From a bacterium (GTDB lineage Bacteria; Sysuimicrobiota; Sysuimicrobiia; Sysuimicrobiales; Kaftiobacteriaceae): a stretch of 14,936 nt of DNA. The stretch covers positions 1-14,936 of the forward strand of contig JBIOWP010000127.1 in assembly GCA_044868695.1 (NCBI GenBank), written 5' to 3'. Positions 1-8,676 of this stretch are shown here, in pieces (within the stretch, counting starts at the first letter, position 1; the number at the start of each line of letters is the position of its first letter). The position numbers were made by a program, and so were the translations under genes. The notes beneath the pieces are model-generated. The model was not told where the DNA came from, did no database searches, and was given only the letters and a program-made list of their open reading frames with translations.

Positions 1-2
1 AG

Positions 3-188
3 AAGGCGCGGTCCGGGCTGGAGGTCGGGATCTGCGGCGAGCACGGCGGCGATCCGGCCTCGGTGGAATTCTGCCATCAGATCGGACTGGACTACGTGTC
101 CTGCTCACCGTTCCGCGTCCCCGTCGCCAGGCTGGCTGCGGCGCAGGCGCGCCTCAAGGAGAAGATGGCGGTGGCGAAGGACGTCTAA
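3..188 (+). CDS. ppdK: Pyruvate phosphate dikinase, C-terminal fragment (5' truncated by window edge)
   Basis: Frame 3 reads [49 protein letters not shown]...KDV, with TAA at 186-188. [10 protein letters not shown] and [18 protein letters not shown] are the characteristic PPDK C-terminal motifs. Not in the ORF track; translated by hand. Confidence 0.96.
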   Translation, partial: KARSGLEVGICGEHGGDPASVEFCHQIGLDYVSCSPFRVPVARLAAAQARLKEKMAVAKDV

Positions 189-199
189 CACGAGACAGC

Positions 200-293
200 G
201 GGACCAGGGACCGGGGACCAGGGACCAGAGATATGTTGGTCACGGGCCCGACCCTCGTGTTGCTCGGGTCCCCGGTCCCGGGTCCCCGGTCCC
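200..293. repeat. Inverted pair of 7-bp tandem arrays, unit GGGACC(A/G/C)
   Basis: 200-227 = GGGACCA GGGACCG GGGACCA GGGACCA. 266-293 = GGGTCCC CGGTCCC GGGTCCC CGGTCCC, the reverse complement of four GGGACCN units. The arms are 38 nt apart. Confidence 0.95.
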
Positions 294-305
294 ATCATTA
301 CTATC

Positions 306-1382
306 GTGGTTCTGACGCCGCGTGAGGTGACGGAGCAGTGGGAGCGGGAGCGGTTCAGTCCGCTCGCTGCGCTGGCGTCGGCGTCGAAGGGGCGCGAGAC
401 CGCCGAGCCGGACGACCCGCTGCGCACCTGCTTCCAGCGTGATCGCGACCGGGTCATCCACAGCAAAGCCTTCCGGCGCCTCAAGCACAAGACCCAGGTC
501 TTCCTGGCCCCGGAGGGCGATCACTACCGCACCCGGTTGACGCATACGCTCGAGGTGATGCAGGTGGCGCGTACGGCGGCCCGTGCCCTGCGGCTGAACG
601 AGGACCTGGCCGAGGCGATCGCGCTGTCGCACGACCTCGGTCACCCGCCGTTCGGCCATGCCGGCGAAGACGCCCTCAATGCGGTGATGGAGCGCGTCGG
701 CGGTTTCAGGCACTTCGAGCAAAGCCTGCGCGTCGTCCGGCGCCTGGAAGTGCGTACCCGCGCCGACGGCGCAACGGTGCGCGGCCTCAACCTGACCTGG
801 GAGGTCCGCGACGGGATCGGGGGGCATTCCAAGGGCCTGGCGGATCTGCCGTCGGCCGGCGAGGGAGGCGACGGTGGCCTCCCCGCCACCCTCGAAGGAC
901 AGGTGGTCAGAATGGCGGACCGCATCGCGTACGTCCATCACGATACCGATGACGCGATCCGTGCCGGGCTCATCGCCGAACGCGACGTGCCGCCCGCTGT
1001 GCGGAACGTGCTGGGCCGCACGCGGGGGAACTGGCTGGGCCGGATGGTCGACGACCTGGTGTCGGCCAGCCGGGACCAGCGCGAGGTCCGGCTCGGAGAG
1101 GACGTGCGCGTCGCGTTGAACGCGTTGAAAGACTTTCTCACCGAACGCGTGTACCGCGGTCCGGCGGCGGCCGGGGAAGTCGCGAAGGCGAAACGCCTGG
1201 TGGAGGCGCTGTACGACTACTATCTTGAGCACCCCAGCGAAATCTCGCCGGAGTACCAGGAGTTGATCGCGCAGGGCGATCCGGTCGGCCGGGTCGCCGG
1301 AGATTTTCTGGCAGGGATGACCGACCGCTACGCGATCCGGGCGGCGGAGGCGTTGTTCCTCCCCCGCGCGTGGACGCCATGA
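306..1382 (+). CDS. dgt: Deoxyguanosinetriphosphate triphosphohydrolase-like HD-domain protein
   Basis: Motifs RTCFQRDRDRVIHSKAFRRLKHKTQVF, RTRLTHTLEV, HDLGHPPFGHAGE, ADRIAYVHHDTDDA and DFLAGMTDRYA. The GTG start is uncertain because no SD is visible. Confidence 0.95.
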   Translation: MVLTPREVTEQWERERFSPLAALASASKGRETAEPDDPLRTCFQRDRDRVIHSKAFRRLKHKTQVFLAPEGDHYRTRLTHTLEVMQVARTAARALRLNEDLAEAIALSHDLGHPPFGHAGEDALNAVMERVGGFRHFEQSLRVVRRLEVRTRADGATVRGLNLTWEVRDGIGGHSKGLADLPSAGEGGDGGLPATLEGQVVRMADRIAYVHHDTDDAIRAGLIAERDVPPAVRNVLGRTRGNWLGRMVDDLVSASRDQREVRLGEDVRVALNALKDFLTERVYRGPAAAGEVAKAKRLVEALYDYYLEHPSEISPEYQELIAQGDPVGRVAGDFLAGMTDRYAIRAAEALFLPRAWTP

Positions 1383-1388
1383 ATTGCA

Positions 1389-1423
1389 GCGACCAGAGAC
1401 CGGGGACCAGGGACCCGGGACCA
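1389..1423 (+). repeat. Tandem array of five GGGACCN-type heptamers (single arm)
   Basis: GCGACCA GAGACCG GGGACCA GGGACCC GGGACCA; same unit and orientation as 200-227. Confidence 0.92.
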
Positions 1424-1444
1424 GTCCTCGAAGGGGTGTGAGGT

Positions 1445-2029
1445 GTGGCCCGAGCGAAGGAACGGCCCCCACTGCACGTCATCGTCCAGGGGAAGCACCT
1501 CGACGTCACGGCCGCGCTGCGTAGTTACGCGGAGACGAAGGTCGGCCGGCTGGCCAGGTATTTCGATCACGTCCAGGAGGGCCAGGTGGTCCTCAGCGTC
1601 GAACGCCGCGGCAAGACGGGAAAAGCGCAGGTCGTCGAGGTGACGATGCGGGGCGATGGGATCGTCCTGCGGGGCGAGGGCGCGTCGGACGACATGTACG
1701 CGTCCATCGACCTCGTGGCGGCCAAACTGAAAAAACAGATCGAGAAATATCGCAGCAAGCTGATTCTCAAACGCAGGATCGAAGAGACGCGCCGGAAAGC
1801 CGCCATGTTGACGTCGGCGGAGGCCGCGCTGCGGGCGGGCCCGCACGAGCCGCAGATTGTGCGCGTGAAGCGGTTTGCGATGAAGCCGATGACCCCGGAG
1901 GATGCGGCCCTGCAGATGGACCTGCTGGGACACGACTTCTTCGCGTTCCGGAACGCCGAGACAATGGAAGTCAACGTTGTATACCGGCGCACGGACGGCC
2001 ATTACGGCGTGATCGAGCCCGAAAACTGA
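1445..2029 (+). CDS. hpf: Ribosome hibernation promoting factor, long form (HPF/RaiA, YvyD-like)
   Basis: N-domain VQGKHLDVTAALRSYAETKVGRLARYFD...DMYASIDLVAAKLKKQIEKYRSK. C-domain IVRVKRFAMKPMTPEDAALQMDLLGHDFFAFRNAET...VYRRTDGHYGVIEP. Lies upstream of secA, as is typical. Confidence 0.96.
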   Translation: MARAKERPPLHVIVQGKHLDVTAALRSYAETKVGRLARYFDHVQEGQVVLSVERRGKTGKAQVVEVTMRGDGIVLRGEGASDDMYASIDLVAAKLKKQIEKYRSKLILKRRIEETRRKAAMLTSAEAALRAGPHEPQIVRVKRFAMKPMTPEDAALQMDLLGHDFFAFRNAETMEVNVVYRRTDGHYGVIEPEN

Positions 2030-2030
2030 A

Positions 2031-2118
2031 ATTTTGAATTGCGGATTGGCGATTGGGGATTGAATTGGGAGAGGCTTCAAACTTGACAATCCGCAATCCG
2101 CAATCCGCAATCCGCAAT
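2031..2118. repeat. Inverted pair of 7-bp tandem arrays, unit ATTGCGG / CAATCCG
   Basis: Degenerate left arm 2031-2062: ATTTTGA ATTGCGG ATTGGCG ATTGGGG ATTG. Perfect right arm 2087-2118: (CAATCCG)x4 CAAT. Confidence 0.93.
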
Positions 2119-2135
2119 GTACATTGAGGTGACAG

Positions 2136-2792
2136 GTGGCAGAGTCGCGTGAGAGCAAGGGGTCGGTGACCGAGGCGGCCGAAGAGGTCATTCGGCGTCT
2201 CCGCGGCGTCCAGTCGGTACAGGTGGAGAGTGACGGCGCGGGAGGGATCCGCTTCGTCCATGTTCTGGGCGGCCCTGAACGCAGCCCCAAGGTCATCGCG
2301 GTCGATGTCGTGTCCGCGCTGGCCGCCGAGCTGGGCATCACGCTGGAACCTCGTCAGGTGCGCGTGGCGGCCCAGCAGCGGACGGATCAGACCGCGGTGC
2401 CCGATCAGGTCCGGCTGAAGTTCGTTGGACTGACGGTGTCGGCGATCCGCAACACCGCGGAAGTGAAAGTCCACCTGGAAGACCAGGGGTTGCTGTACGA
2501 AGGGATCGCCAGCGGCCCGAACGCCAGCCGCAACCGGCTGGAACTCGTCGCCGAGGCGACCCTGCGGGCCCTCGAACTCTACCTCCGCGCCGATGGGCTG
2601 TTCCTGCTGGACGGCGTGATGGAGGCTACCGTCGGTACACGCGAGGTCGCCGTGGCCGTGATCTCGCTGGCCGGCCGGGAAGAAGAAACGCTGGCGGGTT
2701 CCTCGCTGGTCCGCGATGATCCGCGCGAGGCCGTCGTCCGCGCCGTACTGGATGCCACCAACCGTCCCGTCGCCTGGCTGCTTGGCCGCTGA
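2136..2792 (+). CDS. Conserved hypothetical protein; C-terminal half resembles the LeuA (isopropylmalate synthase) allosteric-domain fold
   Basis: 218-aa ORF with GC-rich third positions filling the hpf-secA gap, GAGGTG just upstream. It has two beta-beta-beta-helix-like units ending VAEATLRALE and AGSSLVRDDPREAVVRAVLDATNR, the latter resembling the LeuA C-terminal 'D..EA...A.L.A.NR' pattern. The fold call is an inference. Confidence 0.8.
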   Translation: MAESRESKGSVTEAAEEVIRRLRGVQSVQVESDGAGGIRFVHVLGGPERSPKVIAVDVVSALAAELGITLEPRQVRVAAQQRTDQTAVPDQVRLKFVGLTVSAIRNTAEVKVHLEDQGLLYEGIASGPNASRNRLELVAEATLRALELYLRADGLFLLDGVMEATVGTREVAVAVISLAGREEETLAGSSLVRDDPREAVVRAVLDATNRPVAWLLGR

Positions 2793-2796
2793 CCAT

Positions 2797-2854
2797 CGGA
2801 AACGGGTAACGGGACCGCAGACCTGCTTCCCGTTTCCTGTTTCCGCTTCCGTTT
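2797..2854. repeat. Degenerate inverted pair of 6-7-bp tandem units GGGAAAC / GTTTCCC
   Basis: 2797-2816: CGGAAAC GGGTAAC GGGACC. 2825-2854: GCTTCCC GTTTCCT GTTTCC GCTTCC GTTT. Confidence 0.75.
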
Positions 2855-2862
2855 GTGTGGTT

Positions 2863-2871
2863 TGCTATAAT
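2863..2871 (+). promoter_or_regulatory. Extended -10 promoter element for secA (TG-C-TATAAT)
   Basis: Perfect TGnTATAAT in an AT-rich patch of GC-rich DNA, ending 10 nt before ATG 2882. Confidence 0.8.
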
Positions 2872-2881
2872 TGAGGCCGTT

Positions 2882-5542
<2,661 letters not shown>

Positions 5543-5561
5543 AACTCGCAGTCCCTCGCGC

Positions 5562-7556
5562 GTGAACACACGCGTTGCGCTCGCCACTCTCTCAGGCCTC
5601 CTTCTGATCGCGTCATTTCCTCCGTTTGATGCCGGCTGGTTGGCCTGGATCGCACTGACCCCGCTGATCACCGCCGTGGCCGCCCGCGTCTCGCTGGCCG
5701 GTGCCTTTGGGCTCGGATATCTGACCGGCGCCGTTGCGTTTGGGGGCATCCTGGCGTGGATCCGCGTCTTCGGAGTGGTGCCGTGGATTCTCCTGAGCGC
5801 GTACCTGGCGCTCTTCCCCGCCGTGTTCGCGGCGGCCACGCGCTGGTTTGCCGCCGGCCGGGCGGCGTGGCGCTGGGTTTGGTTGTCGGCCCTGGTGTGG
5901 ACCGCCCTGGAGTATCTGCGGTCGGTTGGGGTCCTCGCCTTCCCATGGGCGCTGCTGGGTGTGAGCCAGCACGGGTTGCTCCCGGTCCTTCAGGTCGCCC
6001 GATACGCCGGCGTGTTTGGCGTCTCGTTCCTTGTCGCCCTCACGGGTGGTGCGCTGGCCGGTGTCCTGCTGGTGCGGCGGCCCGCCCCGCTGGTGTTGCC
6101 CGTGTTGTTCATCACGCTCACTGCGGGATGGGGGATAGGGCAGGTCCGTGCCGTGCCCGACGGGGCCGTGCGCATCGCCGCCATCCAGCCCAACGTGCCG
6201 CAGGCGGACAAGTTTGAAGCCGCGCTGGTCAGCGAGCACATGCAGGCGTTGCAGCGCCTGGTCGGCGAGGCCGGCCGCCGCGGCGCGGACCTGGTGATCT
6301 TCCCCGAGACCGCGGTGCCGTTGAATCTCTTCGGCCCCGGAGGGGCGCTTGTGGAAATCGGCCGCTGGGCGCAGCAGGCCCGCGCCACCGTGATTGCCAG
6401 CAGCCTGGAAAACGGCGTGTCGAACATCGCCGTGGCCGTGGCGCCGTCGGGAACGGCTGTGAGCCGGTACGACAAGGTCCGCCTGGTCGCATTCGGCGAG
6501 ACCGGGATCCTCCGCGGCCTCCGCTATGAACCGCTGTGGACGCCTGTGGGAGTTGTCGGGGAGGCGATTTGTTTTGAGTCCATCTTTCCCGACATCTCCC
6601 GCACCCTGGTGAGAAACGGCGCCCAGATTCTCGCCGTGATCACCAACGACGCATGGTTCGACGGCACCGCCGGGCCCGCGCAGCATGCGGCGCACGCGAT
6701 CCTGCGCGCGGTCGAGAGTGGGCGGTGGCTCGTACGTGCGGCCAATACAGGCATTTCCATGGTAGTGGATCCGACCGGCGCCGTGCGGGCCCTCGCCCCA
6801 TCCGGCCGCGCGGCGGTGCTTGCCGCGCGCGTCGCCGCACTCGACGGCGAAACATTCTATGTCCGCAGGGGAGACCTGTTCGCATGGGCGGGGCTGGTGG
6901 TGCTGCTGGCCGCGGCGGGCCCTGCCATCACCACCGCGGTGTCCCGTCAGTGGACTCGCCCGGCCTTCCGGCAGGCAGCGGCGGCAGTGGGGCTCCCATG
7001 GATCGGCAGCATCCTCGTAGTGCGGGCGCAGGCGCCGTGGTGGGTGCTGCCGATCGTCCTTTACGGATCGATCGTTGTCCTCGTACTCCTGAATCCTCCG
7101 CGGAGGCCGCTCCCCTTTGCGCGCGTACGCCGGACGCGCGCACCGCAGGCGCTGGTGGCGCTGGGCACCGGGCTCGCTGTCGTCGTGGGTCTCTGGGGGG
7201 TGATGGCAGCGACGTTCCGCGCGTCGGGTATGACCCTGCCGCTCCCGCTCCCGGAGAACGGATGGGTCGTCTTCATCCTGCGGCTGGTGTTTGTCGCCGG
7301 GGCGATGGAGTTGTGGCTGCGCGGGGTTGCGTTTGGAGCGCTCGCCGGGTGGCAGGGTGAGACTGTCGCCATCGCACTCACGACGGCGCTCGGTCTCTCG
7401 TTCCAGAGTGGGTTGCCGGCGGAGGCATACGCCTGGACTCTGGTCACGGGCGCCGCGTTCGGACTCATCCGGGCCCGCACGACAAACGCCGCCGGATTGA
7501 TTCTCCCTCACGCGATCGGCGCCGCGTTGTTCTCCGCCATCGCGTCTGTTCGGTAG
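5562..7556 (+). CDS. lnt: Apolipoprotein N-acyltransferase with a C-terminal multi-TM extension (degenerate CPBP/CAAX protease-like)
   Basis: N-terminal TM region with SFPPFD..WLAWIAL and FPWALLGVSQ. Nitrilase fold with QPN, catalytic E in FPETA (6306), K in YDKVRLVAFGE (6474), C in ICFES (6570), plus TNDAWFD, RAVESGR and RAANTGIS. About 210 extra residues follow the usual FYVRRGD-TM ending. Confidence 0.93.
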   Translation: MNTRVALATLSGLLLIASFPPFDAGWLAWIALTPLITAVAARVSLAGAFGLGYLTGAVAFGGILAWIRVFGVVPWILLSAYLALFPAVFAAATRWFAAGRAAWRWVWLSALVWTALEYLRSVGVLAFPWALLGVSQHGLLPVLQVARYAGVFGVSFLVALTGGALAGVLLVRRPAPLVLPVLFITLTAGWGIGQVRAVPDGAVRIAAIQPNVPQADKFEAALVSEHMQALQRLVGEAGRRGADLVIFPETAVPLNLFGPGGALVEIGRWAQQARATVIASSLENGVSNIAVAVAPSGTAVSRYDKVRLVAFGETGILRGLRYEPLWTPVGVVGEAICFESIFPDISRTLVRNGAQILAVITNDAWFDGTAGPAQHAAHAILRAVESGRWLVRAANTGISMVVDPTGAVRALAPSGRAAVLAARVAALDGETFYVRRGDLFAWAGLVVLLAAAGPAITTAVSRQWTRPAFRQAAAAVGLPWIGSILVVRAQAPWWVLPIVLYGSIVVLVLLNPPRRPLPFARVRRTRAPQALVALGTGLAVVVGLWGVMAATFRASGMTLPLPLPENGWVVFILRLVFVAGAMELWLRGVAFGALAGWQGETVAIALTTALGLSFQSGLPAEAYAWTLVTGAAFGLIRARTTNAAGLILPHAIGAALFSAIASVR

Positions 7557-7617
7557 TTCGCATCTCTGTTCGACACACGATCCTGCCGTTTGCCGGACGT
7601 TCCCCATGGCGCCCTCA

Positions 7618-7671
7618 GGGACTCTCCCGTGGTGACCCCGGGAGATCCCGCGTGACCCTCCAGGTTTTTTT
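7618..7671 (+). terminator. Possible terminator-like hairpin after lnt (non-canonical)
   Basis: GGGA-c-TCTCCCG (7618-7629) pairs with CGGGAGA-TCCC (7639-7649). A T7 run lies at 7665-7671, but 15 nt beyond the stem. Confidence 0.35.
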
Positions 7672-7770
7672 GGATACCCATATCCCACGGCGTCGTGGTA
7701 CCACCGTGTGCGAGGGCCCTCACGGGGATCGCCAGCGGGCGATCCACCTCTGTGTGCAGGAGGTTCCTGT

Positions 7771-8577
7771 ATGTTCCGACGATGGAAATCGCTGATCCCG
7801 ATGCTCCTTCTGGCAGTCGTGGCGTTTCCGGTACCGAATGCGTACGCCGCGCAGCAGGTGGTCACGTCCGCGACCATGGCCGCGAAGGTCGAGGGAACGG
7901 TGACCACGACAGAATGCAGCAACTCACCCGGGCCGTGGATTACGTTTGAAGGCAATCTGGCCCTGGGCGGCCTGACCGTCCGGATGCTCTTCAACAACAA
8001 CGTCAACAAGGACGTCCATACGGCGGAGGGCACGGTCAGCGCCGATGTCACCATCGTGGCGCCCGGCGGGAAGATCACCATCCCCAAGCAGCCGGTGCGG
8101 GGCGGCGCGGCGGGCAATCCGTTCATCTGGGTCCAGCTGGTCGAGGCACGGAGCGGCAACGCGCTCAGCGAGGAGATCTACCTCGGCCGCTGCGTGCAGG
8201 GGTCCTTCAACGTCAGTCCCACCACCATCCGGCTGCTGACCACAGCGCTGGCCGAAGTGTCGGTGGCCGACTGCACGAATAACCCCGGGCCGTTCATCTA
8301 CGTGGGCGGCGGACTGGGCCTCACGAACGGGCTGGCGGCGAAGTTCATCTTCCGCAACAACGACAATCCCGTGGGCGGTCCGCACGAGGCGGACGCCATG
8401 GCGTCTGTCGTGCTCGTACCGGCGGACTGGGACTTCAAGATTCCCAAACAGCCGGTCCAGGGCGGCGCCGGCGGCAACCCGTGGATCTCGGTGCAGTTCC
8501 TCACGGGGAACAGCCTGTTCGGCGATGTCGCGGAGTATCTCCTCGGACGCTGCGTGCAGCTGCTGCCGGGCAACTGA
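7771..8577 (+). CDS. Secreted hypothetical protein with two tandem ~95-aa cysteine-bounded repeats
   Basis: AGGAGG at 7758-7763, 7 nt before ATG 7771. Signal peptide MFRRWKSLIPMLLLAVVAFPVPNAYA with an A-x-A site. Both repeats share C.N.PGP(W/F)I, F.NN, IPKQPV.GGA.GNP(F/W)I.VQ and LGRCVQ. 268 aa. Confidence 0.88.
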   Translation: MFRRWKSLIPMLLLAVVAFPVPNAYAAQQVVTSATMAAKVEGTVTTTECSNSPGPWITFEGNLALGGLTVRMLFNNNVNKDVHTAEGTVSADVTIVAPGGKITIPKQPVRGGAAGNPFIWVQLVEARSGNALSEEIYLGRCVQGSFNVSPTTIRLLTTALAEVSVADCTNNPGPFIYVGGGLGLTNGLAAKFIFRNNDNPVGGPHEADAMASVVLVPADWDFKIPKQPVQGGAGGNPWISVQFLTGNSLFGDVAEYLLGRCVQLLPGN

Positions 8578-8601
8578 TCACGCTTGCTTGGCAGGGTTCT
8601 T

Positions 8602-8631
8602 GGGACGGCCGCCGGTATCGGCGGCCGTCCC
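8602..8631 (+). terminator. Perfect 13-bp GC-rich hairpin, likely terminator or mRNA-stabilising stem
   Basis: GGGACGGCCGCCG-GTAT-CGGCGGCCGTCCC, 24 nt after the stop at 8577; no classical U tract. Confidence 0.65.
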
Positions 8632-8658
8632 GCTGTGTCCTCAGGCAGGCGTGCGGTC

Positions 8659-8667
8659 TGGTATGAT
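8659..8667 (+). promoter_or_regulatory. Extended -10 element for prfB (TG-G-TATGAT)
   Basis: TGnTATGAT, ending 9 nt before ATG 8677 and just downstream of the hairpin. Confidence 0.65.
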
Positions 8668-8676
8668 GAGGTGGAG

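Noticed and set aside
306..1382. dGTPase as an antiphage defence system
   Set aside because: It is the short housekeeping type next to ppdK, with no defence-island context.
200..2118. Repeat arrays as a CRISPR locus
   Set aside because: The units are 7 bp and contiguous, with no unique spacers and no cas genes.
2855..2881. ORF-track GTG start of secA
   Set aside because: It lies upstream of, and reads through, the perfect extended -10; ATG 2882 gives a normal N-terminus.
7708..7770. ORF-track start of the secreted repeat protein
   Set aside because: A strong SD and the signal peptide both point to ATG 7771.
5613..8159. 848-aa minus-strand ORF
   Set aside because: It lies in exact codon register opposite lnt, is Arg/Gly/His/Pro-rich and has no motifs: a typical antisense shadow ORF in high-GC DNA.
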